From: an uncultured Prevotella sp.
GTDB taxonomy: Bacteria > Bacteroidota > Bacteroidia > Bacteroidales > Bacteroidaceae
Assembly (NCBI GenBank): GCA_964655685.1
Contig: CAZZNO010000001.1
Coordinates: forward strand, 1-54,216
Length of the DNA: 54,216 nucleotides
Direction: 5' to 3'
Part shown: positions 19,072 to 29,462 of the stretch, in pieces
How the letters are laid out: every line of letters starts with the position of its first letter
Numbering within the stretch: position 1 is the stretch's first letter
Notes under the pieces: generated by a model
Databases searched by the model: none
What the model was told of the DNA's origin: nothing
The model's input: the letters and a program-made list of their open reading frames with translations, nothing else
Program-made: the position numbers and the translations under genes

Positions 19072-19665
19072 ATGGCTGAGACAAAAAAGATTAAGACCGC
19101 GCTCATTTCCGTCTTTCACAAGGACGGCTTGGAGGACATTCTGAAAAAGCTTAACGAAGAAGGCGTTAAATTCCTGAGTACGGGCGGAACGCAGAAATTT
19201 ATTGAAGGGTTGGGATATGACTGTGAGAAAGTGGAAGACGTTACTACTTATCCTTCCATTCTCGGCGGACGCGTGAAAACCCTTCATCCAAAGATATTCG
19301 GCGGCATATTGGCACGCCGCGACAACGAGGGCGATCAAGAGCAGATGAAGGAGTATGGCATTCCTGCCATTGACCTCGTAATCGTAGACCTTTATCCTTT
19401 CGAGCAGACTGTGGCAAGCGGGGCTGCCGAGCAGGACATCATCGAGAAGATTGACATAGGCGGCATCTCGCTTATACGTGCCGGAGCCAAGAACTTCAAG
19501 GACGTGGTGATTATACCGAGTAAGGCTGAATACCCCGTGCTTCTGGAGTTGCTCAACAAGAACGGCGCGCAGACTGAGATAGAGGATCGTCGTATGCTTG
19601 CAGAGCGTGCGTTCGGCGTCAGCAGCCACTACGACACAGCCATCCACGAGTGGTTTGCCAAGTAA
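19072..19665 (+). CDS. purH: IMP cyclohydrolase (stand-alone N-terminal MGS-like domain of PurH)
   Basis: ALISVFHKDG, STGGT, LGGRVKTLHP, IDIGGISLIRAGAKN; ends at YDTAIHEWF with no AICAR transformylase domain. Confidence 0.85.
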   Translation: MAETKKIKTALISVFHKDGLEDILKKLNEEGVKFLSTGGTQKFIEGLGYDCEKVEDVTTYPSILGGRVKTLHPKIFGGILARRDNEGDQEQMKEYGIPAIDLVIVDLYPFEQTVASGAAEQDIIEKIDIGGISLIRAGAKNFKDVVIIPSKAEYPVLLELLNKNGAQTEIEDRRMLAERAFGVSSHYDTAIHEWFAK

Positions 19666-19728
19666 AAGGCTCGCGTAACGGTAGTCAGGAAGATTTAAGC
19701 TTAATAAACATAAACTGAATTCAGACAA

Positions 19729-20751
19729 ATGGGAATGTTTTCATTCGTTCAAGAAATAGCAATGGACTTGGGCACCGCCAACACCATTATTATCAGTGAT
19801 GATAAGATTGTTGTTGACGAACCGTCGGTGGTGGCTCTTGACCGTCGCACAGGAAAGATGATAGCCGTGGGCGAGAAGGCAAAGATGATGTATGAGAAAA
19901 CCCACGACAACATCCGTACCATTCGCCCGTTGAGGGACGGCGTTATTGCCGATTTCACGGCTTGTGAGCAGATGATGCGGGGGCTGATAAAGATGGTGCA
20001 TACGGGCTCACGCTTGTTCTCGCCATCGCTGCGCATGGTCATAGGTGTTCCGTCTGGTTCTACCGAGGTTGAGCTGCGCGCCGTGCGCGACTCTGCCGAA
20101 CATGCCGACGGACGCGACGTTTACCTCATTTTTGAGCCTATGGCAGCAGCCATAGGTATTGGCATTGATGTGGAAGCCCCGGAAGGCAACATGATTGTTG
20201 ACATTGGCGGTGGCTCTACTGAGATTGCTGTCATCTCGCTTGGCGGCATCGTGAGCAACAACTCTATACGCATTGCCGGTGATGACCTCACGAGCGACAT
20301 ACAGGAATATATGAGCCGCCAGCACAACGTGAAGGTTTCGGAACGTATGGCTGAGCGCATCAAGATACATGTAGGCTCTGCTCTTACCGACCTTGGCGAC
20401 GAGGCTCCTGAAGACTACATCGTTCATGGGCCTAACCGCATAACGGCTTTGCCAATGGAGGTGCCTGTCTGCTATCAGGAGATTGCCCATTGTCTCGACA
20501 AGACCGTGGCAAAGATTGAGAATGCCGTGCTCTCGGCTCTCGAGGCAACGCCACCTGAGCTTTATGCCGACATCGTGAAGAATGGCATTTACCTTACGGG
20601 TGGAGGTGCTTTGCTTCGCGGGCTTGACAAGCGTTTGCAGGACAAGATCAACATTCCTTTCCATATAGCTGATGACCCATTGCACAGCGTGGCAAAGGGC
20701 GCAGGCATAGCTTTGAAGAATGTAGACCGTTTCTCGTTCCTGATGAGATAG
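19729..20751 (+). CDS. mreB: Rod shape-determining protein MreB
   Basis: DLGTANT, EPSVVA, RPLRDGVIADF, VDIGGGSTE, LTGGGALL. Confidence 0.96.
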   Translation: MGMFSFVQEIAMDLGTANTIIISDDKIVVDEPSVVALDRRTGKMIAVGEKAKMMYEKTHDNIRTIRPLRDGVIADFTACEQMMRGLIKMVHTGSRLFSPSLRMVIGVPSGSTEVELRAVRDSAEHADGRDVYLIFEPMAAAIGIGIDVEAPEGNMIVDIGGGSTEIAVISLGGIVSNNSIRIAGDDLTSDIQEYMSRQHNVKVSERMAERIKIHVGSALTDLGDEAPEDYIVHGPNRITALPMEVPVCYQEIAHCLDKTVAKIENAVLSALEATPPELYADIVKNGIYLTGGGALLRGLDKRLQDKINIPFHIADDPLHSVAKGAGIALKNVDRFSFLMR

Positions 20752-20753
20752 TC

Positions 20754-21626
20754 TTGAAGAACTTAATAGAGTTTCTACAGAAGTACAACCACTGGTTTGT
20801 TTTCATTGCGCTGGAGGTCATAAGCTTTATACTCGTCTTCCGGTATAACAATTATCAAGGCAGTGTTTGGTTTACCTCGGCAAACGCCGTGTCGGGAAAA
20901 GTTCTCGCATGGGATGCCGAGGTTGAGTCGTTTTTCTCCTTGGGAAAGGTCAACAGCGAGCTCACCCAGCGTAATCTCTATCTGGAGCAGCAGGTCAGAA
21001 AACTGTCTGAACAACTTACGGCTGCCACCAAGGACAGCGGGTGGGTGCATCGCAACGAGCTTGCACTTCTGAAGGAATATCGCCTCATTCCTGCCAAGGT
21101 AGTGAGCAACAGCGTGGCTCGCCACGATAATCTCCTGACCATTGACAGAGGTTCTGCCGACGGCGTGCGCAAGGACATGGGAGTTGTTTGCGGCAATGGC
21201 GTTGTCGGCATTGTCTATCTTACGTCGCCACATTATTCCATTGTCATTCCGGTGCTCAACACCGAGTCGAATATCAGCTGCCGCATTCGTGGGCGTGGCT
21301 ATTTCGGCTATCTTCATTGGGTTGGAGGTGACATCCGCAAAGCCTATGTAGAAGACGTGCCTCGTCATGCGCGTTTCCGTCTTTATGATGAAGTGGAGAC
21401 GAGTGGCTACTCATCGGTTTTCCCACCAGGAGTGCTCGTGGGCAAGGTCATGCATGTTTACAACTCACCCGATGGCGTAAGCTATAGGCTGCAAGTGCAG
21501 TTGTCTACTGATTTCGGGCGGTTGCGCGACGTATGTGTTATCGACAACGCGCCTGTGCAGGAACGGCTCTATGAGCTTCGTGCGGCACAGGATTCGCTGA
21601 AAATGAAGGAGGATGAAAGGCAATGA
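20754..21626 (+). CDS. mreC: Rod shape-determining protein MreC (TTG start)
   Basis: N-terminal TM, coiled coil, TIDRGSADGV, GVVGIV, TSGYSSVFPPG; operon position. Confidence 0.9.
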   Translation: MKNLIEFLQKYNHWFVFIALEVISFILVFRYNNYQGSVWFTSANAVSGKVLAWDAEVESFFSLGKVNSELTQRNLYLEQQVRKLSEQLTAATKDSGWVHRNELALLKEYRLIPAKVVSNSVARHDNLLTIDRGSADGVRKDMGVVCGNGVVGIVYLTSPHYSIVIPVLNTESNISCRIRGRGYFGYLHWVGGDIRKAYVEDVPRHARFRLYDEVETSGYSSVFPPGVLVGKVMHVYNSPDGVSYRLQVQLSTDFGRLRDVCVIDNAPVQERLYELRAAQDSLKMKEDERQ

Positions 21627-22126
21627 ACATTGACTTCCTGAAACGGCTGTTGCTTTTCCTCGGGCTTTTGCTCGTGCAGGTGCTTGTGCTCAATCATGTG
21701 CATCTGTTCGGGTTTGGCACTCCGCTTCTCTACATATATTTTACGATATGCTTCCGCCGTGGTTACCCGAAGTGGGGCATACTTGTGTGGAGCTTCTTGC
21801 TCGGACTTTGCATCGACATGTTCTCAAATACACCGGGCGTGGCGGCTGCGTCAATGACGCTTGTAGGGTTGCTTCAGCCTTATGTCCTTGAACTGTTCAT
21901 GCAGCGTGATAACGAGGATGACATATTGCCATGCTTCCGTACGCTTGGCGCTACAAAATATGTAGGCTATGCTTCGATATTGACAGTAGCCTATTGTCTG
22001 TCGTTCTTTACCATTGAGACGTTCACGTTCTTCAATTGGCTGCAATGGTTGATGAGTGTTGCGGCAAGCGCGGTATTGACTTTGTTGCTTGTCTTGGTAA
22101 TGGATAACTTGAGGAGGAACTGGTGA
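21623..22126 (+). CDS. mreD: Rod shape-determining protein MreD
   Basis: Hydrophobic 167 aa with GLCIDMFSNTPG; lies between mreC and mrdA. Confidence 0.88.
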   Translation: MNIDFLKRLLLFLGLLLVQVLVLNHVHLFGFGTPLLYIYFTICFRRGYPKWGILVWSFLLGLCIDMFSNTPGVAAASMTLVGLLQPYVLELFMQRDNEDDILPCFRTLGATKYVGYASILTVAYCLSFFTIETFTFFNWLQWLMSVAASAVLTLLLVLVMDNLRRNW

Positions 22127-23973
22127 AGAACTTCAATCTTGAAAACAGGAAATACGTTATCGGCGGTGTGGCAGTGTTTATCATCGCTGTTTACATCATT
22201 CGCCTCTTTACGCTTCAGCTAATGAGCGACGACTATCGTAAAAGTGCCGACTCTAACGCTTTCCTGAAGAAGGTAGAATATCCCAGCCGCGGCATCATAC
22301 GTGACCGCAACGGCAAGCTGCTCGTCTTCAATCAGCCGTCTTACGACATTATGGTTGTCATGAACGAGGCGCGCGGCCATCTTGACACTCTCGATTTCTG
22401 TCAGACGCTCGGCATAACGAAGGAATACTTCATAAAGCGTATGGACGACATCAAGAATCCGTCAAAGAATCCAGGATATTCGCGCTTTACGCAACAGCTG
22501 TTCTTGACGCAAATTGACGACAAAAACTTCTCTGTTTTCCGTGAGAAAATGTTCCGTTTCCCTGGCTTTTACATCCAAAAACGCACGGTGCGCCAGTACC
22601 AGTATCCTTATGCGGCGCATGTCCTTGGAGAAGTGGCGGAAGTGTCACAGGCGGACATTGACGAGGATGAATATTATCAGCCGGGAGACTACATCGGCAA
22701 GCTCGGCGTAGAGCGCAGTTACGAGAAAAGCCTGCGTGGGCAAAAGGGCGTGCAGATATTGTTGCGCGATGCTCACGGGCGTGTGCAGGGACACTACATG
22801 CACGGCCATTATGACCGCCGCCCGGTGCCGGGGCGTGACCTTACGCTTGGTATTGACATAAAGCTTCAGGCTTTGGGTGAGCGTATGCTCGAAGGCAAGA
22901 TAGGCGCTATCGTTGCCATTGACCCGCAAACGGGAGAAGTGCTGTGCATGGTTTCGTCGCCAAGTTATGACCCTCGTCTTTTAGAGGGGCACAGCCGTAG
23001 CAAGTACCACAAGTTCTTGACACATGACAAGCAGAAGCCGTTGCTCAACCGTGCCATTATGGGCCAGTATCCTCCAGGCTCTACGTTCAAGACTTCGCAA
23101 GGCCTCACCTTTCTCACCGAGGGCATCATAACGCCACATACACAGTATCCTTGTCATCGTGGCTTTTATTACCGTGGACTGCATGTTGGCTGTCACAGCC
23201 ATGCATCGCCTCTCAGCATTGTGCCGGCTATAAGCACATCTTGTAATGCTTTCTTTTGCTGGGGACTTTTCCACATGATGGGCAATAGGGCTAAATACAA
23301 GAACGTAGACAATGCCATGAACACTTGGCGGGATTATATGGTTTCAATGGGCTTTGGCTATAAGCTTGGAGTGGACTTGCCTGGTGAGAAGCGCGGACTG
23401 ATACCGAATGCCATGTTTTATGACAAGGCGTACCGCGGTTCGTGGAATGGACTGACCGTAATAAGCATAAGCATAGGGCAGGGAGAAGTGAACCTCACGC
23501 CGTTGCAGATAGCCAATCTTGGCGCTACCATTGCCAACCGTGGCTATTACTATGTGCCCCATGTGGTGAAGAATGTGCAGGGCGAACCGCTCGACACCAC
23601 ATTCACGCGCCGCCATTACACCCGTGCCTCGCGGCGTGCTTATGACTACATAGTTGCCGGCATGCGTTCGTCGGCACTTGGCGGCACCTGCAAAATGCTT
23701 TCGTCGTTGCCTTTCGCAGCGTGCGGCAAGACCGGCACGGCGCAAAATCGTGGCCACGACCACTCTGTTTTCATGGGCTTCGCGCCTATGGACAATCCAA
23801 AAATTGCCATTGCCGTGTATGTAGAGAATGGCGGATGGGGTGCTGACTATGGCGTGCCTATTGGCAAGGTGCTCATGGAACAGTATATTACGGGTAAGCT
23901 CAGCGAGTCTGGTGAGCGGCTTGCTTCGGAGATGCAGAAACGAAGAATTGCTTATGGAAATGCAGACAGGTAA
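22123..23973 (+). CDS. mrdA: Penicillin-binding protein 2 (GTG start)
   Basis: RGIIRDRNG, YPPGSTFK (SxxK), SCN (SxN), KTGTAQ. Confidence 0.92.
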   Translation: MKNFNLENRKYVIGGVAVFIIAVYIIRLFTLQLMSDDYRKSADSNAFLKKVEYPSRGIIRDRNGKLLVFNQPSYDIMVVMNEARGHLDTLDFCQTLGITKEYFIKRMDDIKNPSKNPGYSRFTQQLFLTQIDDKNFSVFREKMFRFPGFYIQKRTVRQYQYPYAAHVLGEVAEVSQADIDEDEYYQPGDYIGKLGVERSYEKSLRGQKGVQILLRDAHGRVQGHYMHGHYDRRPVPGRDLTLGIDIKLQALGERMLEGKIGAIVAIDPQTGEVLCMVSSPSYDPRLLEGHSRSKYHKFLTHDKQKPLLNRAIMGQYPPGSTFKTSQGLTFLTEGIITPHTQYPCHRGFYYRGLHVGCHSHASPLSIVPAISTSCNAFFCWGLFHMMGNRAKYKNVDNAMNTWRDYMVSMGFGYKLGVDLPGEKRGLIPNAMFYDKAYRGSWNGLTVISISIGQGEVNLTPLQIANLGATIANRGYYYVPHVVKNVQGEPLDTTFTRRHYTRASRRAYDYIVAGMRSSALGGTCKMLSSLPFAACGKTGTAQNRGHDHSVFMGFAPMDNPKIAIAVYVENGGWGADYGVPIGKVLMEQYITGKLSESGERLASEMQKRRIAYGNADR

Positions 23974-25441
23974 CAGTCAAAACACAAAGTCGCAAGGCTC
24001 TATATTCAAGTCGATTGACTGGTGGACTATAGCCATCTACGTGGCATTGCTTGCCTTGGGATGGATGAGCGTCTGCGGAGCAAGCTATACGTATGGTGAG
24101 ACTGACATCTTCAGTCTTTCCACGCGTTCGGGCATGCAGATTGTGTGGATCGGGACGTCGCTTGTGCTCGGCTTTGTGCTGCTAATGCTCGACGACCGTT
24201 TCTATGACACGTTCGCTTATGTCATATATGCAATATTGCTGGCTTTGCTCTTTGCCACGATATTCAATCCGCATGACATAAAGGGTTCGCATTCATGGCT
24301 CGTCATAGGGCCTTTGCGTCTACAGCCTGCGGAATTTGGCAAGTTTGCCACGGCGCTCGCTGTGTCAAAACTGATGAGTACCTATGGTTTTGATATGCAA
24401 AAGCCAAAACATTTCTTTGCGGCTGTGGCAATAGTGGTGTTACCTATGTTTTGCATTATCGGACAGAGGGAAACGGGTTCTGCGCTTGTATATCTGTCAT
24501 TCTTCTTAATGTTCTATCGCGAAGGAATGCCGGGAAGCATCTTGTTTACGGGCGTGGCTATGGTCATATACTTTGTCGTTGGCATTAAATACGAACAGGT
24601 ATTGCTCTGGGACACTCCTACATCAATAGGCAAGTTCGTGGTGTTGCTTCTTGTGCAAGTCTTTTCTTCTGTGATGGTTTATATTTATGCACATGAGAAA
24701 GAACGCGCTTTGAAGCTATTGGTCTTTAGTTTGGGAATCACGGCAATAATGTTACTTTTCTCCGAGTTTGTCATTCCTTTTGATGTGGTGTGGGTACAGC
24801 TTGCCGTGTGTGCTTTTCTTGTTGGCTGGCTTGTCTATGAAGGACTGTCTACGCGTGTGGTCAATTATCTGCTCATTGCTCTGTTTAGCGTAGGCAGCAT
24901 CATTTTCTTCTATAGTGCCGACTATGTGCTCAATGATGTTATGGAGCCACATCAGCGTGTACGTATCAACGTTCTTCTTGGTCTTGACGACGATCTTGCG
25001 GGTGCAGGCTATAATGTCCATCAAAGTGAGATTGCCATTGGTTCAGGCGGTTTGCGCGGTAAAGGTTTCCTCAATGGCACGCAGACAAAGCTAAAGTTCG
25101 TGCCTGAGCAGGATACCGATTTCATTTTCTGTACTGTGGGTGAGGAAGAAGGATTTATAGGCTCAGCAGGCGTATTGCTGCTTTTCCTTGCTCTTATACT
25201 GAGGCTCATTCATCTTGCCGAGCGGCAACCTTTCAAATTTGGGCGAGTCTATGGTTATTGTGTGGCGAGCATATTCCTATTTCATGTATTCATTAATGTG
25301 GGCATGGTGCTTGGACTGACGCCTGTGATTGGCATCCCCTTGCCATTTTTTAGTTATGGTGGTTCATCGCTTTGGGGATTTACTTTATTGCTCTTTATAT
25401 TCTTAAGAATTGACGCTGGAAGAAATTTGGTAAGGCAATAA
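23954..25441 (+). CDS. rodA: SEDS peptidoglycan glycosyltransferase RodA
   Basis: LQPAEFGK, GYNVHQSEIAIGSGG, PEQDTDFIF, GIPLPFFSYGGSS. Confidence 0.92.
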   Translation: MEMQTGNSQNTKSQGSIFKSIDWWTIAIYVALLALGWMSVCGASYTYGETDIFSLSTRSGMQIVWIGTSLVLGFVLLMLDDRFYDTFAYVIYAILLALLFATIFNPHDIKGSHSWLVIGPLRLQPAEFGKFATALAVSKLMSTYGFDMQKPKHFFAAVAIVVLPMFCIIGQRETGSALVYLSFFLMFYREGMPGSILFTGVAMVIYFVVGIKYEQVLLWDTPTSIGKFVVLLLVQVFSSVMVYIYAHEKERALKLLVFSLGITAIMLLFSEFVIPFDVVWVQLAVCAFLVGWLVYEGLSTRVVNYLLIALFSVGSIIFFYSADYVLNDVMEPHQRVRINVLLGLDDDLAGAGYNVHQSEIAIGSGGLRGKGFLNGTQTKLKFVPEQDTDFIFCTVGEEEGFIGSAGVLLLFLALILRLIHLAERQPFKFGRVYGYCVASIFLFHVFINVGMVLGLTPVIGIPLPFFSYGGSSLWGFTLLLFIFLRIDAGRNLVRQ

Positions 25442-25490
25442 AGCAGTGTAGTCAGATAGAATTAACAATTCAAGTAGGAAAGGAAATTTA

Positions 25491-25997
25491 TTATTTGCCA
25501 TTTCGGCTAATGCTTATGCCAACATCGGCAATGCCTGGCATTATTTCACGCCGCATATTATGACGTACGGTGATGTGTAGTGAGTCACCTTCATGCAAAT
25601 TGCGCTCGGAAACTCTGTAGAGATATTGGTAGATATTTATGCCCCGACCTTTAATAGTTCCTTTGTTGTCGAAAAGGGTGCAGTTAAGAGTGTCTGCATA
25701 GGTTTTATGGATGAGGCTCGTCTTATGATTTCCTAAAGCGTTATGTTGCGTAGACACTATTGTCTGTTCCACTATAAGCGTGAGGCTCTGGTAAGGAAAG
25801 GCATTGGTAATGCGCAGCCCGATATTAGTAGCATAGCGACCACTGTCTTTCAGTGCTGGAACGTTGAATGACAATTCATCAACTTTGTCCCAACCTGCTA
25901 TTGGAGTGTGCTCATAATGATCGTATGCCTTGTTGTCATTGCATGATATACAGACAACAAGGCATGCAATCAAAACTATTATAAACGGATGTCGCAT
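25491..25997 (-). CDS. gldH: GldH-family lipoprotein
   Basis: Lipobox CISC, YDHYEH..GW, LR...FPYQSL, HNMRREIMPGIADVG; downstream of ricT as is usual in Bacteroidales. Confidence 0.75.
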   Translation of the reverse strand: MRHPFIIVLIACLVVCISCNDNKAYDHYEHTPIAGWDKVDELSFNVPALKDSGRYATNIGLRITNAFPYQSLTLIVEQTIVSTQHNALGNHKTSLIHKTYADTLNCTLFDNKGTIKGRGINIYQYLYRVSERNLHEGDSLHITVRHNMRREIMPGIADVGISISRNGK

Positions 25998-26033
25998 AAA
26001 ATAATGCATCTGAATGTCTTTTGAACAAAACGT

Positions 26034-27239
26034 TTATTCCTTGTTCTTGTTATCTTCTTTTGGCTTGCTAACAACCTTTGGCTTATTGTCAGTGTTGTTT
26101 TTTTGCCTGCTGTCAGTGGCTTTTGCTTTGTTGTCAGCAGTAGCCTTTGGCTTATTTTTCTTCTTTTTCTTTTTCTTAGCCTTATCGAATCGGCTCACAT
26201 CGGTATCGGCGAGCAGGTCGTTAGGCTTCTTTTGTTCTTTAGCTTTATCGTCCTGTTGTAAAGACAAGGGTTTCTCACCTCGTTTGTTCATAGCTATAAT
26301 CTCATAAGCACGGCTCGCCGAGATTACTTCTGTATTTGCTCCGAGGTTTTTGTCTGTAGAGTAGGTGCATAATCCAGCCAGGATGTCAGTCTTAAACAGA
26401 TGGTATTCGCCATCTTTCGTTATCAGTTTTACATCTTTGGGAGGCAATTTCCTGCTTGCCTCCATATACTCGTCTACCTCATAGTTGAGGCAGCATTTCA
26501 GTTTTGCGCACATGCCGGCGAGCTTTTGCGGGTTGAGCGAAATGTCTTGTATGCGTGCAGCATTTGTCGAAACACTGGAGAAGTTTTTCATCCAGGTAGC
26601 GCAACACAGCTCACGTCCGCATGGCCCGGTTCCTCCTATGCGTCCAGCCTCTTGCCGTGCTCCAATCTGCTTCATTTCTATGCGCACGTGGAAAGTCTCA
26701 GCAAGTACCTTTATGAGTTTACGGAAATCTACGCGTTCATCGGCAATGTAATAGAATATGGCCTTATTGCCGTCTCCTTGATATTCCACATCGCCAATCT
26801 TCATTTGCAGTCCAAGGTCTTTTGCTATTTGTCGGCTTTGTATCATGGTGTCATGCTCTCTTGACTTTGCCTCTTTGCATTTCTCCATGTCAACAGGTTT
26901 GGCAATGCGGTATATGCGCCGTATGTCATCAGGCGACTTGAGGTTTGCTTTCTTTATTTGCAATCGTACAAGCCGCCCAGTGAGTGTTACCACGCCGATG
27001 TCGTGCCCGGGATTAGCCTCCACTGCAACGATGTCGCCTTTCTTAAGGTCGAGATTGTTGACATTGTGGTAATAGCCTTTACGTGTGTTCTTAAACTGCA
27101 CCTCTACAAGGTCGGTGCTTTCAGCGTTTCCTGGCACGTCTGCAAGCCAGTCGTATGTATTCAGTTGCCGGTCTTGCCGTCCTACGCCTTCGTGATAGAG
27201 GCCGCGGCTGCAACCGGTGCATATTTTATAATCTCGCAT
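26034..27239 (-). CDS. ricT: PSP1-domain RicT/YaaT family protein
   Basis: ERVDFRKL, IGARQEA, GGTGPCGRELCC, KLAGMCAKLKCCLNYE; Lys-rich tail. Confidence 0.88.
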   Translation of the reverse strand: MRDYKICTGCSRGLYHEGVGRQDRQLNTYDWLADVPGNAESTDLVEVQFKNTRKGYYHNVNNLDLKKGDIVAVEANPGHDIGVVTLTGRLVRLQIKKANLKSPDDIRRIYRIAKPVDMEKCKEAKSREHDTMIQSRQIAKDLGLQMKIGDVEYQGDGNKAIFYYIADERVDFRKLIKVLAETFHVRIEMKQIGARQEAGRIGGTGPCGRELCCATWMKNFSSVSTNAARIQDISLNPQKLAGMCAKLKCCLNYEVDEYMEASRKLPPKDVKLITKDGEYHLFKTDILAGLCTYSTDKNLGANTEVISASRAYEIIAMNKRGEKPLSLQQDDKAKEQKKPNDLLADTDVSRFDKAKKKKKKKNKPKATADNKAKATDSRQKNNTDNKPKVVSKPKEDNKNKE

Positions 27240-27242
27240 ATT

Positions 27243-28388
27243 TTAATTTCTAAGATAAATCACCATTTCAAGTGTCATGTCGAAAAATTGAATCTTGCCG
27301 TTTGCGTTTTGTCCGATGTCACGTATCATGCGTTGAAGGCGTTGCTGTATTGGTAAAACGTTACGCTCATTGATGAAGCGGGCGAAATTCTTTGCAAAAG
27401 TTTCCTCCTCTTTGGTCATATAACAGAGGTTGGGGTTGTGGAAGTTGTAAATGAAGTTTTCCCTCACCATGCGTAGCATATACGTAAGCAGTCTTTTCTG
27501 TTTCTCCCTTCCGAATGCTGCCACGGCTTCGCTCCACTTCTTTAGTTCCCTTACATCGCGAGTGTAAGCCTTTCGCATGAGCATGACAAAGAGGTCGAAG
27601 AATTGTCGGTTCTCGTTCCCTGCATCAATTTCTTCCAAAGCTTTTAGCCAATTGCCGGCTGCTGTGCGTGCTATGCGCCTTGCATCATTTTCTTCTATAC
27701 CTCGCCGTTCTACAAGGGCTTGCTGAATGTCGAGGTCGCTTGTACGTTGCATATAGAATAGTTGTACGCGGCTACGTATGGTTTCAAGCAACTGTTCAGG
27801 CTTTTCGCTTACAAGCAGAAATACTGTTTTTTGTGGAGGTTCTTCAAGAAGCTTCAACAGCTTGTTGGCGCAAGTGAGATTCATGCGTTCCGGTAGCCAG
27901 ATAAGACTTACCTTATAGCCGCCCATGCTCGATTTCATGTTCAATTTGTGCGACAGGCGGTCGCTTTCTGCCTCATAGATTATTGCTTGTTGATTCTCGG
28001 CTTTCATCAGGGTCATCCACTGGTCCATAGAGAAGTAAGGTCCTGTTGCGAGCATCTGCCGCCATTCGCCTGCATAATCGTCACTTGTGGTTTTGTGATC
28101 GCTGCTTGAGTTCTTCGGCTTAATGACAGGGTAGGAGAACAACAGGTCTGGATGGCTCCATTTTGAGAGCATAGTTTCGGCGTTTACAATCTGTCCTTGC
28201 GTAGCAAGAAGTGACTTGCCGTTCCAACGTTCTCCGAGCAGGAATGAAGCCAAAGCAAGTGCCATTGCCATTTTGCCGCAACCTTCTGGCCCTGTGAACA
28301 TCAAGGCATGTGGTATGCGTTGTTCGTCAACGAGCCTGCGAAGTCTCGCCTTTGCATCTTCTTGTCCTATGACGTGAGTGAATTGCAT
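27243..28388 (-). CDS. holB: DNA polymerase III delta' subunit
   Basis: VIGQE, HALMFTGPEGCGK, HPDL, ANKLLKLLEEPP, TIRSR. Confidence 0.88.
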   Translation of the reverse strand: MQFTHVIGQEDAKARLRRLVDEQRIPHALMFTGPEGCGKMAMALALASFLLGERWNGKSLLATQGQIVNAETMLSKWSHPDLLFSYPVIKPKNSSSDHKTTSDDYAGEWRQMLATGPYFSMDQWMTLMKAENQQAIIYEAESDRLSHKLNMKSSMGGYKVSLIWLPERMNLTCANKLLKLLEEPPQKTVFLLVSEKPEQLLETIRSRVQLFYMQRTSDLDIQQALVERRGIEENDARRIARTAAGNWLKALEEIDAGNENRQFFDLFVMLMRKAYTRDVRELKKWSEAVAAFGREKQKRLLTYMLRMVRENFIYNFHNPNLCYMTKEEETFAKNFARFINERNVLPIQQRLQRMIRDIGQNANGKIQFFDMTLEMVIYLRN

Positions 28389-29344
28389 TATAGTATAGCC
28401 TTCAATATCGGTTCCATGCTGGCCATTGCAGATACAGTGTAAAAATGAATGTCGCAGATGCCGGCTGCATAAAGCTCCTTGCATTGCTGTGTTGTCCATT
28501 CTATGCCGAGCTGGCGTGCCTCATCGTCTGTCTTGCATTTTACGGCTTCCTTTGCCAGTTCTTGTGGCATGTCACAGTGGAATGTCTTGGGAACCTGCGT
28601 TATTTGCGTGAGCTTGCAGAATGGCTTTATGCCTGGGACTATAGGAATAGTAATGCCCATCTCACGCGCATGCTTTACAAAAGCAAAATATTTGCTATTG
28701 TCGTAGAACAGTTGGGTGACGGCATATTCTGCCCCCATATCCTGTTTCATTTTTAGATATTTCATATCCATCTCCATGTTGGGAGCTTCCTCATGCTTTT
28801 CAGGGTATGCGGCTACGCCGTAATGGAATTTCTCGCCAGGATGCTTTATTGGTGTTCCGTCTGCAAAGAACCCCTCATTGAAACGGTTTACTTGTTCTAT
28901 CAGCTCAGTGGTATGAGTCCATCCTCCTGGTGTAGCTGTATACATGCGGTCGTCTTTAGCCTTGTCACCACGCAGCAATAGAATGTTGTTTATGCCGAGA
29001 AACTGTAAATCAATGAGTTCGTACTCTATATCTTCCTTTGTTACACCAGAGCAGATGACGTGAGGGATGACAGGTACATTGTAGCGTCTTTGTATTGCTG
29101 CGGCTATAGCTATAGTGCCAGGACGGCGGCGCACGCGTAGACGCTCAAATTGTCCGTCATCAAGTTCACGGTAGACATATTCAGAGTGGTGGGTCGTTAT
29201 GTTTATGTAATGTGGTCCGAAAGTGTTTATCTTGTCGATGTTTCGAAAGAGAGTTTCCGTGCCATTGCCTTTCAGCGGTGGCAGCACCTCTATGGAGAAG
29301 CCCTTCTCGTGGTCTTTACTTGTAAGTAAATCAGTTATGTTCAT
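28388..29344 (-). CDS. metF: 5,10-methylenetetrahydrofolate reductase
   Basis: FSIEVLPP, LLRGD, GVAAYPEKH, VTQLFYD, HFYT. Confidence 0.9.
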   Translation of the reverse strand: MNITDLLTSKDHEKGFSIEVLPPLKGNGTETLFRNIDKINTFGPHYINITTHHSEYVYRELDDGQFERLRVRRRPGTIAIAAAIQRRYNVPVIPHVICSGVTKEDIEYELIDLQFLGINNILLLRGDKAKDDRMYTATPGGWTHTTELIEQVNRFNEGFFADGTPIKHPGEKFHYGVAAYPEKHEEAPNMEMDMKYLKMKQDMGAEYAVTQLFYDNSKYFAFVKHAREMGITIPIVPGIKPFCKLTQITQVPKTFHCDMPQELAKEAVKCKTDDEARQLGIEWTTQQCKELYAAGICDIHFYTVSAMASMEPILKAIL

Positions 29345-29462
29345 CGTGCGTATTATTCCATAATATAAAATTGCCTACAAAGTTAGCAAAAAAATGGCAA
29401 AGGTGTGTGCGTTATTGTGAAAAAGTGGCTATATTTGCAAGACTATTAAAAAACAAAGACTA

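Noticed and set aside
23828-23953. Extended N-termini in the ORF track (rodA, also mlaF, holB, HAD, purH, M6 protease, menC)
   Set aside because: They overlap upstream genes or promoters; downstream ATGs match the family N-termini.
25491-25997. gldH as evidence of gliding motility
   Set aside because: GldH homologues occur beside ricT in non-gliding Bacteroidales, and no other gld/spr genes are present here.
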